DNA from: Octopus sinensis
Taxonomy: Eukaryota
Length of the DNA: 64,000 nt
NCBI RefSeq assembly: GCF_006345805.1
Contig: NC_043011.1
Location: 3,286,001-3,350,000 of the forward strand
Direction: 5' to 3'
Both the position numbers and the translations under genes were made by a program. Below, piece by piece: positions 50,359 to 61,272 of this stretch (within the stretch, counting starts at the first letter, position 1; every line of letters begins with the position of its first letter). The notes below the pieces were generated by a model. That model saw nothing but the letters and a program-made list of their open reading frames with translations, had not been told where the DNA came from and searched no databases.

Positions 50359-52028
50359 AAACTGCCCTGGCTTTCACTCAACAGCTGACAAGTAGAGATT
50401 GGTATCCTTGTGTGCATACTTCCTTGTCCTGTGCATTTATGTCTTGTCTGTTCTTAAACACACACACACAGGGAGCAGGGTATCCAGGATTTTTTGGGGT
50501 GTGTTACCCAAAAGTTTTTTGAAAAAATACTATAGACACATTCTTATGTATTCTAACTTTGCTGACCGTATGCATATGAAACAGTAATACTGCGAAACTG
50601 CTGGAAATAAAATAGCGATGTTATATTTGTAACGGCTCGGCTAGAAAGGGTGTTGCCTGGGCAACTAGTGAAACACCCTGCATCCACCACTGCACACACA
50701 CACACTCATATTTGTGTGATTGTATGTGATTGTATATGTGCATGTATGTCTACTATGTGCACGCTGTGTGTGTGTGTGCCTATGCATGAGCAGCTGTTAA
50801 TCAGAAAATTAGCGCATACATGAAATAGATGTTTATTGTCAATTTAATCAAAATTCCAGATGTAATTGGCTTGTTAAACTTAAATTGATCCATTCTCAAT
50901 ACTCAACAATTTCAAAATATTAGAATGTAATATCTGAATATCAAATTCATATTAAAATGGATAGCATGATAACGAAAAATAGAGAAGTGAGCATAGAATG
51001 TCATTTAGCACCTGACCAAAGCTCTTTGGGGATTCAATGACTGTCTGAATACCTTGTGACAGAGAAAAAAAGCCAATCTGTGACACAGCTTAGGTGACTG
51101 GAAGCCTGTGTGTTTCTCAGTGGCAATCTCCACTTTTGTTCAATTGCTGGAACCCAAGTTTGACATGGTACCTCATAGATCTCAATCGGAATCATGGCAG
51201 ATGTTGAGGTAATGATGAGGAAACCTAGTTGTGAGTGTTCCGGTAGTATGCATGTGTCAAATCCTTCTACATCTCCAAAGATCATGACAGCTGATGGAAA
51301 CTTGAAATCTTCAAAGATCTCTTTGTAGACAACTGTTTCAACTGAGACTCTGAGAAACACTGACATATGACATCCTACCCCAAACTATCACAGGCTGTGG
51401 AACTTGACATTGGTTGAACTCCAAGCACTGTAGGGTTGCAGATTTGAGAAATTGGCTGAAGAGTTATGGAACCTTAGCTGTTTGTAGTGATACATAATAT
51501 GAAGGTATTGGAATACTGCATTTTCTTGCGGTCATATCCAATGCAATAACATTAATGGTCTCCATTTGAAAACCATAACTGCTAATTCAGATGAAAAATT
51601 ACCTTGAGAATATCTGTTTGAATTAAATTACTTTAATACAACGAAAATTTCAATGTTCTAACTTAATGGACAGCAAATATCCTATTTTATTTACTATATT
51701 CTAATCTTTTGAGATGAATCTATATATATATACATTAGCGCTGATAAAAAATCCTCACAAAAAAAAAAACAAGAAAACGATTAAAGAAATCAAAGGAAAG
51801 AGGAAAAAAATATCATCTGTCCTTGAGTATTGATACATGAACATATCAAGTACATAAATCTGTTTAGCAGAGAAAGATAGAAGTTGAGCTTTTGAACTAT
51901 ACAAGGATAACAGATATGTTTGTTTCTGTGTGAGGGAAGTTAATAATACATGTGCCTTTCCTAAGTGCATGCACGTAAATGTGTGTGTATATGCATGTGT
52001 GTATGCAAGCATGTATGTGTGTGTGTAG

Positions 52029-52064
<36 letters not shown>

Positions 52065-52249
52065 ATGTGTATGTGTTTTTGTGTATGAATATATTTATGT
52101 ATATATGTATATTTATGCATATACACATAAATATATTCATACAGATGAGTGTTTGTGTGTGGAGATCATATTTTGATAAATTGTCCTCATAAAAAGTCAC
52201 TAGCTAGATGTTAGCACATATTGAGGTGCAGATATTGGATGTGGTCATC

Positions 52250-53330
52250 ATTTAGTAATAGGGACTATTCAGGTAAAGCTGAAGGCTAAAGGTAAGAAAT
52301 TCTGATACAAAAGAGTTGAAAGATGATGGAATTAAAGATAAATTTGTAATTGAATGCCAAAATCGATTTGCAATGCTTCAAGAGATAAATGAAGATGGAG
52401 ATATCAATGGCTTAGAATAAGGTAATGGAATTATACCAGAATGCAGCCAAAGGTGTTCTGGACAGAAGACAGATAAAAGGAAGTAAATGTATTTCGGATG
52501 AAACATGGGAAATTATTGAGGAATGAAAGGAACAAAAATGAATTGTTGGAATTTGAAAAGGGAATAAGAGGGACCTTAAAGTGGAAATAGCTAAATATCA
52601 GAATCTTCACATTGAGGTGAAAGGTGTTCAAGAAATGATAAAATAAGGTTCTTGGATGTGAAAGCTGATGAAACAGATAAATTACCCAATATGGGAGACA
52701 GTAGAGATGTCAGAAAAGCTTCTGAAAATATAAATGAGATCATGGGCAAAGCAATGAGATCAAAATGATTGCTTGTGCTTTGCACTGATAGGAAACTAAC
52801 AACATCTGATATAAACATTGAAGAAAGTTGGAAAGAACTTTCAGTTGTGAATTTGGTGTTTTATGGGAGAAGTGTTATGATAATTCTTGAACTAGAACTG
52901 AACGTGGTTGTACGTGAAATATTTATTGAAGAAATGGTGGAAGCAATTAAAAAATTTAGAAGTATTCTGGATTAGATGGAACTGCGAGGAAAATGCTAAA
53001 AACGGATAAGCACATAACTGCACGAATTTATATTGAAGCTGTTTCATTATATGTGAAGATCAAGGTGGTGGTTTTTATTCAAAAAAAGAAAGAAAGAAAA
53101 AACAGGAAGAAGAAGAAAATGACAACGATGATGATGACCTCAGAATGTGGCAAATGAAAAAAGGTATAACCTTGAGTGAATGGTGTTGAGTATGTTCAAT
53201 TTAGTTGTCCTTTATAGAATACAGATACTTGGCTGCGAACAATTCAGTGACAAAGAGGAAATTGTGATTAGACAGAGATTAAAACAGAACTACAAACTAG
53301 ACATGGAGGGTAAGAATATGTGGAAAACCA
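52250..53330 (+). pseudogene. Decayed RTE-clade LINE (EN-RT linker and RT start)
   Basis: KFVIECQNRFAMLQE...ISDETWEIIEE pattern typical of RTE/BovB-like ORFs; many stops. Confidence 0.6.
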
Positions 53331-53675
53331 AGTGCCATTGGCGACAATAATCTAATGCAATACATGCTTGTGTGTATGTATGTATATGTTGTCAATGTTG
53401 AGAGAGAGGGATTGGACTTGTGCAAATCCTTTCTCCACCATAAAAAAACCCATCATGCAGAGGCATTGCTTGAAAAAAGTAAAGCTTATCACAAAAAAGG
53501 CTAGTTTCAGCGTTCGCATGTGTGGGACTATTGATCAGGTGATGACAATACTTAAACAGGAGTTTGCAGCCATCATGCATACATGCATGCATGTATGTAT
53601 GCATGCATGTTTCTTCTCTTTCACTTTTTAATTTTAGAGTAAATTTTGGCTACCTTCTTCGTAGAAAGGTTGAGA

Positions 53676-54515
53676 AGGCAGTGGCTCTCATGGCTTCTGA
53701 TCTTAACTGATTGGAGGTGTTATCATGTACATTGTTTTGTCTTGGTTTAAAAGATGGGCTACAGCAAATATTCTGCTCAATACCACAGATTTGCTTGTCA
53801 GTTGTTTGACCATAACCAGTTGAGCATGTCCCTTAGTGGCTGACGATATGTGCATCTCTGATCACGAGCAGAAGTAGTGGGGGAGCATCATAGCCATGTG
53901 TTGAGAGGGATTCTTTGGGGTTTGAATAATTCACCTCTGGAAACATGGGTGGTTCTTTCAACATCCTTAAGCAACCCTTATTCAGGGACCCTTTGAGCGG
54001 GATGGGCTACTCAACCTGAAGAAAATTCTAACTGGGCCCCACCTGCAAGGTCATGTGTTGTTTATCTTGATATGAGATCACCATGTTGCGCACATATGGT
54101 TGTGATGCATGTGCCTGGTGTACCCTTATCAGACAGGTAGTCATGATGGGTATACTGGGCTTCGTATATTTTACCCCAGTGTCACTTTGATGGCATGAAC
54201 TGCTCTCTCACTCAATAATAATAATAAATGCCCTGATGCAGTACCAGGCAATGGCTCCCATGGCTTCTGACCATAACAGATCGAAAGTGTTATCATGTAC
54301 ATTGTTTTGTCTTGGTATAAAAGATGGCTACAGCAAATATACAGCAGATTTGCTTCTCAGTTGTTTGACCTTAACCAGTTAAGCATGTCCCTTAGTGGCT
54401 GACGATAAGTGCATCTCTGATCATGAGCGAGCAGGAGTAGTTGGGGAGCCATGTGTTGAGAGGAATTCTATAGGATTTGGATAATTGACCTCTGAAAACA
54501 TGGGTGTTTTGTTCA
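53676..54515. repeat. Unassigned (AAT)n-bounded repeat: near-full unit (53676-54213) plus head-to-tail truncated unit (54229-54515)
   Basis: Both units share GGCA(G/A)TGGCTC(T/C)CATGGCTTCTGA...; separated by (AAT)n. Confidence 0.88.
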
Positions 54516-54800
54516 CCCTCTTGATCCAGAGCAGCACTACCTCCTCCAGGTACTGGATGTAGGACTCCATGTTGAGTCTGAGGCTGGGAAGATAAACGTA
54601 GGCATAACAGTGAGAGTGAGTTTCCTGAGCTGCCAATCCTTCGTAATCACCATTATACTTATCCCACTCTTGCCAAATCCTCCACACTGTCCTCAGATTG
54701 ACACATAAACACTCTGAAATGTTCGTATTGGAGCTGTCAGCATGAATGCAAAGCAGTACAGGTAATAACCAGGTGCGACTTTGGACTTAATTATCCCTTA
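54516..54800 (-). pseudogene. Tc1/mariner (maT-like) transposase fragment
   Basis: LRLNMESYIQYLEEVVLLWIKRV resembles the LxxNxxxYxxxLExVVxPW segment of DD37D transposases. Confidence 0.5.
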
Positions 54801-54847
54801 AAGGTAGTAAACCTCTCTAACTGAAACTTCTATATTTAATAATATAT

Positions 54848-54879
<32 letters not shown>

Positions 54880-55049
54880 ATATATATACACACAATGTCT
54901 GAGTCTCTGTTAAGAGGATTGACTACATTCTGTTTTATCGTTGGCAGATCAGTGAAGACACGTGACAAGAGAAAACTTGTTCTAAGCCAAAACTGAAGTA
55001 AAAGAATTTTATAGTGAGTCCAGGGAAATATTTCCGTGCCTAACTGCTG

Positions 55050-55084
<35 letters not shown>

Positions 55085-55169
55085 TATGTGAGTGTGTGTG
55101 TGTGTATGTGTCTGTGCATGTGTGTGCATACACATGTTTGCATGCATGTTAAAATTGACCAGTATGATA

Positions 55170-55231
<62 letters not shown>

Positions 55232-55267
55232 TATACATGTTGGTGTTGATTTCTTTTCCTTTTCTCC

Positions 55268-55300
55268 TTTCCAATGAAGAGTTATGCTTGAAACATCAAA
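55268..55300 (+). ncRNA. Degenerate minimal hammerhead-like motif (short stem II class)
   Basis: UUU-CCAAUGAA-GAGU-UAU-GCUU-GAAAC-AUC-AAA; most deviations are CpG-type transitions from CCGAUGAA-GAGC...GCUC-GAAAC-GUC. Confidence 0.45.
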
Positions 55301-55467
55301 CTCACTCCTTTCACTGAGCATCAGGCTAACAGGTTCCTTGTGCTCGTCCTTTTGTCCCTTATCTTTATTCATTTGTTTGAATTGATTGTTTATTTGAATT
55401 CACTAAACATATATGAATGTGTGTGAATGTCTCTCTTTCTCGCTCTCTCTCTCTTTCTCTCTGTATT

Positions 55468-55530
55468 TGGGATCTGATGATATGCCATAAAGCTAAACCC
55501 TTTATGGATTGGAAACCTGAGGTAATCCCA
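55468..55530 (+). ncRNA. Type I hammerhead ribozyme, near-intact
   Basis: Stem I UGGGAU/AUCCCA; CUGAUGA at 55474-55480; stem II CCAUAAAG/CUUUAUGG with imperfect base (U-G at 10.1/11.1); GAAA at 55512-55515; ACCU-G-AGGU stem III; GUA triplet ending at 55524. Confidence 0.7.
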
Positions 55531-55555
55531 TAAACCAGCCTTCCCCATTTCCAAT

Positions 55556-55559
<4 letters not shown>

Positions 55560-55586
<27 letters not shown>

Positions 55587-55600
55587 TGTACATATATATG

Positions 55601-55631
<31 letters not shown>

Positions 55632-55847
55632 ATATACATAATATATATACATATATATATATACATATACATTATATATATACATAATATATATACATAT
55701 ACATATATATATATATATACATATACATAATATATACATACATATATATACATATACATATATATATATATATACATATACATCTATATATATACATATA
55801 CAATATATATATATACATATACATATATATATATATAATACATATAC

Positions 55848-55879
<32 letters not shown>

Positions 55880-55972
55880 TATACATATACATATATATAT
55901 ATATATATATACATAACATATATATATATATACATACATATATATATACATATATATATAATACATATATGT
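55560..55972. repeat. Long (TA)n/(TACA)n microsatellite
   Basis: Direct reading. Confidence 0.95.
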
Positions 55973-56261
55973 AAAAGTTTTTTTCAAAAAACACTTGATA
56001 TAATCACAATACTTGAAGTTATAAACTTAGAAGTTAAAAACTATTCAAAAATTTACTTTTGTAAAACAGAATGACATAAAACTTTTGGCATGAATTTTTT
56101 ATGTTTTTATATTGGGCATATTGTGTGGAAACAAAATTGAATGAGCTTACATGCAATTCACATGATGCAGAAACTTCTTTCCAAAAGATTCGTAGTTTTC
56201 TGTTTTTAAAATTATTTTAAATAGTTAATAACTTTAAGCAAATATTCCTTTATATATGTAC

Positions 56262-56690
56262 TTTTTATCTTTTACTTGTTCCAGTCATTGGACTGCAGCC
56301 TTGAAGAGTTTTTAATTAAATGGATTGGTCACAGTACTTTTTTCTTATAGCCTGGTACTTATTCCATCAGTCTCTTTTCCCAAACCTCTAAGTTATGGGG
56401 ATATACACAAACCAACACCAGTTGTCAAGTGGTGGTTGGGGACAAACGCAGACACAATGACACACACACGTGTGTGTATGATGATGCCAACACACACATA
56501 CACGCACACATACAGACACTCACATATATATATATATATACAACAAGCTTCTTTCAGTTTTCATCTACCATATCCACTCATAAGGCTTTGGTCAGCTTAA
56601 GGATATAGCTTGCCCAGTGTGTCACACAGTGGGATTGAACCTGAAACCATTTCGTTGGGAAGCAATCTTCTTACCACAAAACCATGTCTA
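56262..56690 (-). mobile_element. SINE family A, diverged
   Basis: Reverse complement of head, hub and tail motifs. Confidence 0.8.
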
Positions 56691-57359
56691 ATATATAAAT
56701 ATATCTCAGCTTACAATAAATTTTACTAAATGAAATAGTTATTAGAATCTTTGCATTTTTCTTGACATAAAGCAAAATTATAATTTTCCTTGCGTAAAAT
56801 TCTTGGGTCCCAGGACAGATGAATTTTTACAAAGGTATTCTGAACTGTTGTCTTTTTCTTGAAGACATTTGTAAGAAGTAATGAGCAGTAGAAATTTAAG
56901 TTGTTAATATTTTTTAAGTGCAATTCATTGGGTTTTTGCAGTAACTTACACGATATATGCTGAAACACTATCACAGAAAAGAACTGGTCCTTTTCAATTG
57001 ATTAATTTTGGACATGAACTTTGCAGTTCTTAATGTATTCTATTGGTTTCTAGGCCCCTTTAGTAGAGTTCACTACTGTCTTGCAAGTATTCCGGCCAGA
57101 AATCCAATTTCAGGATAACTTCTTCTTTCCCACCATTTTCAGAAGCTCTGTAAAGAGTCATAGGCACTGCCTTTCCCCCTGACATGAAGAAAATTAAAAG
57201 AAAATACTTCACATTTGTGATAGACTCACAATGATTCAAGAAATAGCAATGGATGATTTCACTTGCCACCTATCATGTTCTACCTGAGTCCAACCACTGC
57301 ACAAGATGGCAAAAGTCATTGGGCTTTTATGTCGTGAAATTCAATAATTTTTCCTTAAC

Positions 57360-57573
57360 TGGTTTCAAATTTTGGCACAAGGCCAGCAATTTCGAGGAAG
57401 GGTTAAGTCAGTTACATTGACCCCAATGCTCAAATGATTCATATTCTATCGACCCTGAAAGTATTAAAGATAAAGTTGACCTTGGCAGAATTTGAACTCA
57501 GAACATAAAGACGAGCAAAATGCCATTAAGCTTTTTGCCCAGCATGCTAATGATTCTGCCAGCTTGCTGCCTT
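57360..57573 (-). mobile_element. SINE family B, diverged
   Basis: GACCTTGGCAGAATTTGAACTCAGAAC...TTCTGCCAGCTTGCTGCC. Confidence 0.8.
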
Positions 57574-58293
57574 AGATAATTGCCCTTAATTAATTGTTGG
57601 GAATCAAAAAAGGTTTTCTATGACTTCTCTTACCGTCAAGGTCCTCATCTCCACTATGAAGGTTTTGGAACCAATGTTGAGCAGTATGTTCATTGATGGT
57701 GTCCTGGCCAAATACTTGGTTGATTTTACAAACAATTTTTGATATTCTGTGTTGTGCTTTGAATACAAGAAATGCAATGAAATTGCTTTTAATTTGCTTG
57801 TTTTAGCAATCTTCAATTTTGCAGCTTGGAATTATCAAGAATAAACAATGAAGATAAAACTTACAGCATACACCAGTAAACAGAAATGTGTGATTCAAAA
57901 TTATGTATTTCACGAACATAATTAGATAAAAGTTTATTTCAAAACAAGCATTAAGCTAGAAATAATAACATGTCATTCTGTTACTGCTATGATCTGAGGT
58001 GGAAAAATTGACTACGGTATTTTGTAACATTTCTTTTGTTTCTAATAAAGGCTTTCAATAATATTTGCAAAAATCATTTTTTCTGTATGCTTTCTTTTGA
58101 TTTTGCGCACACGCACACAGACGCACTCTTACACACACTGACACACATACATGCACATCATGTACACCATGATTATAAATATATATATATGTACATGTGT
58201 ATATAGTTCAAATTTATAGAAAAACAAAGATGAAGACAGGTGTAGGAACAACAAGCAACTGTATTAGTTTAATGCTTGGGAAAATTAGAAAAG

Positions 58294-58329
58294 TCTTTTA
58301 TGTTTCAAGCCTATACTCTTCAACAGAAA
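58294..58329 (-). ncRNA. Degenerate minimal hammerhead-like motif (short stem II class)
   Basis: Minus strand CUUU-CUGUUGAA-GAGU-AUAG-GCUU-GAAAC-AUA-AAAG. Confidence 0.4.
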
Positions 58330-58443
58330 GGTATAAGAGGAAATAAATAGGAGAATGAAAAAAAGCGTGTTGAGCTCAGTGGTCAAACATGGCGAATATA
58401 TATATGTGTATATACTCAAAATAAGCAACAAGAATGACTCCAG

Positions 58444-58536
58444 TAATTTGGTACGATCGTTTCGTACTACATCATTTTATTAAATGTTGTAAGTATTACA
58501 ACAGATTTAAGATGCTGAGTACTCATCAGCCAATTA
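58444..58536 (-). ncRNA. Type I hammerhead ribozyme (intact core, long stem II, palindromic stem III)
   Basis: Minus strand UAAUUGG-CUGAUGA-GUACU...CAUC...UGUUGUAA-UAC-UUACAACA...GAUG-U-AGUAC-GAAA-CGAUCG-UA^CCAAAUUA; G10.1-C11.1 present; cleavage predicted between 58452 and 58451. Confidence 0.85.
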
Positions 58537-58980
58537 TAGAGGTTTTCCATTAATACAAAAATTTTCAAATCAAGTGGCAACATTATAGAGAAGGTAGATA
58601 TATAGACAAAGATGTAGATTTAAATTTTAAGAACATATGAGGTAGTGGAGTCCCTCCACTGACTAACTAAGATTTGGTTGTTCCAGACTGCTGTAAGGTT
58701 GTGAGAGGGAGAAGTAAGTTAAAGCAATAAAGAGAAGTAAGTTGAAGCAATAAAGATTTTTTAATTGTAGAAATGGGGTAAAGGGGGTTTCAGAACTCCA
58801 TAAAAGGAATTCCTGTTGAAGACAACAATTGTCACTACTAAATGCCAATTACTACTATTTGATGAGAGAACTAGGTCAATGTCAAGTGGTCACTATCACA
58901 TTCACAAAGAGTGCAATTTGGAAAAAAAAACTATCACTTATTACAAGTAGGCATAGTACTTTTTAACTGGGGGAAAGCTT

Positions 58981-59110
58981 TATTAATTTTAAAGCCAGTT
59001 TAATTTTAGAAAAAAAAGAATTCAATTTCAAGTTTGCAGTGAAGTTATTTTACTCATCTATGAAATTGAATTCTTTTTTTTCTAAAATTAAACTGGCTTT
59101 AAAATTAATA
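58981..59110. repeat. Perfect 50-bp inverted repeat with 30-nt spacer
   Basis: 58981-59030 is the exact reverse complement of 59061-59110. Confidence 0.97.
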
Positions 59111-59242
59111 GGACACTCATCTATTGTCGACTGTCTATCTATTTCTCATTTCGAGCATTCAATGACAATATGAGTCTTCAAAGACAGTTGGTTGATAAAT
59201 TCTAAATTAAAATTTAGGATTTATGGAGAGTCTTTTGACTAG

Positions 59243-60072
59243 GGATGAATTAAATTAAGCTGGCGTGTGTGGGAGTAAAGCCTTATGGCAGGGACATAAG
59301 ACTTGACAGGCACAGGGAGGAATATTAGATGCTGCATGGATGGTAGCTGAACAAAGAGAGAAAGGTCAGGCTTGGCCGAACACCGGTCACATGGGGAGAG
59401 AAGAGAGAGAGGTAGAGACAGAGGGATAGAAGAATTATGGAGGGGCTAGAAAAAATGAAAGGGACAAAGTGAGGTGAAAGAGGAGGGAAAGTGAGCATGA
59501 AGAGAAGGCCGAATAACCAGTCCTTGCTTGCTTTGTATCATCTGTCTGGGTCGTTTGTTGTCCCTTTTTTTATCACCAAACTGTTTGGATATTTTGCGTT
59601 CTTGTCCTATTTTTGTACTCTTTATATATAAAAAATATAGCGGCATACAAACACTTTGGTCTCTTATATGTAAGTATATGTATATCTAAATTTTGTATGA
59701 CAATTGTTCTTTCTATTCTTTCATTCTTTTCTTCTTTCTATCAACCTTTTCACACTTACTTCATTCATTCCACTCTTCATTCTTTAGTTCCCCCTCTCTC
59801 ACATTTCCTAGCCTTCTCTTCATGCTCACTTTCACTTCACTGTGTCCCTTTCATTTTTACTCGCCCTCCTTAATTCTTCTATCCCTCTGTCTCTACATAC
59901 CTCTCTTTCTTCTCTCCCCACATGACCGGTGTTCGACCAAGCCTGACCTTTCTTTCTTGGTTTGACTACCATCCATGCAACATCTATATTCTTCCTTGTG
60001 CCTGTCAGATCTTATGTCCCTGCCATAAGGGACATATTACTCCCACACACGCCAGCTTAATTTAATTCATCC
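59243..60072. repeat. ~265-bp diverged inverted repeat (59243-59509 and 59811-60072)
   Basis: GGATGAATTAAATTAAGCTGGCGTGTGTGGGAGTAA...GAGCATGAAGAGAAGGC and its reverse complement, with substitutions and indels. Confidence 0.88.
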
Positions 60073-60433
60073 TTAGTTGAAAGACACCTGTTGTTAAGTC
60101 CTCTTATTTGCATTTGTATTTGTGTAACATTCTCCATTTTTTTCCGTCCTTGTTTTCGTACACATTCGCTGCTTTCTTCCAAGGAATCTAATGCTCTTAG
60201 CTTGGTTTTTCCCCTTGTGGCTGGCCGGATTGGAGCAATCTCGAGTACAACCAGCTGAAATTGCAAAGATAATCTGGAACTCAACTGAGGATAGAAAATT
60301 CTGAATGACTCATCCTTGTTTTCTTTGTATTGTCTGTCCAGATGTTTTGTTGTCCCTTTTTCATATCACCTAACTCTCTTGATATTTTCTGTTCCTCTCC
60401 CATATTTGTATTATATATATATATATTCTTTTA

Positions 60434-60800
60434 TTATTTTCTTTTACTTGCATCAGTCATTTGACTGCAGCCATGCTGGAGTACCATCTTGAAGGGTTTT
60501 TAAGTGAATAACTTGACCCCAGGACTTATCTTTTTAAGCCTATTACTTTTTCTATCAGGCTCTTCTGCTGAACTGCTATGCGGGTGTAAAATGGGGACAT
60601 AAATACACCAAAAGTGGTGATGGGGGAACAAACTCATACACACATGCACACGCACACATCCACACACGCGTACACACACACATAAGCATATACATATATG
60701 TATGACAGGCTATAGTAGAAGACATTTGCCCAAGTTGCCAGACAGTGGGACTGAACCTGGAACTATGTGGTTGGAAAGCAAGCTTCTTACTACACAGCCC
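60434..60800 (-). mobile_element. SINE family A, diverged
   Basis: Tail, hub and head motifs in reverse orientation. Confidence 0.75.
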
Positions 60801-60810
60801 CACCCACACA

Positions 60811-61194
60811 TCTCTCTCTATATAAACGGCAGTTTGTCTGTGCGTTTTCTGTGTGTCTGTTTTCTTGTACCCTCACTCTGACCACGGCTTTCAACCGATT
60901 CTGATGAAACTTGACACACACATAGCCCAATGTCATAATTCAAAACTAACGCAGCGAAAATTTTGAAAAGTTCCCCCAGTTCTGAAAAAAATCGATAAAT
61001 TCGACATGGGGTCGAGAATCAGAAACCCAAACCACAGACCGTCTAGGGGACGCAACTCTACCTTTTTTAACTCTCAAAAAAAATTTACCATCATTTTTTT
61101 CCCATTTTTTTGCTATTTTTTGGCTATAACTCTCTAAAAATGCTTTATAGTTATTTCCCTTACAAACCTTAGCAACGCCGGGCGATACTGCTAG
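60811..61194 (+). mobile_element. Non-autonomous Helitron
   Basis: A|TCTCTCTCTATATAAA...GCAACGCCGGGCGATACTGCTAG|T; 3' ~110 bp shared with the 14934-15673 element, 5' part different. Confidence 0.85.
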
Positions 61195-61220
61195 TATAAT
61201 ATATACATATATACATATAT

Positions 61221-61272
<52 letters not shown>

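Noticed and set aside
51034-51366. 110-aa ORF with KFPSAVMIFG resembling a Tc1/maT motif
   Set aside because: Similarity does not continue into the expected downstream motifs; cannot distinguish from chance or another fossil.
54229-54300. CCCTGATGCAG at the start of the (AAT)n-bounded repeat as a hammerhead core
   Set aside because: Reads CUGAUGC, not CUGAUGA, and has no properly placed stem II-GAAA.
60200-60300. GGCTGG...CCAGCT-GAAATTGC as a decayed hammerhead; also 61450-61500
   Set aside because: The CUGAnGA half is unrecognisable; cannot be supported without a family consensus.
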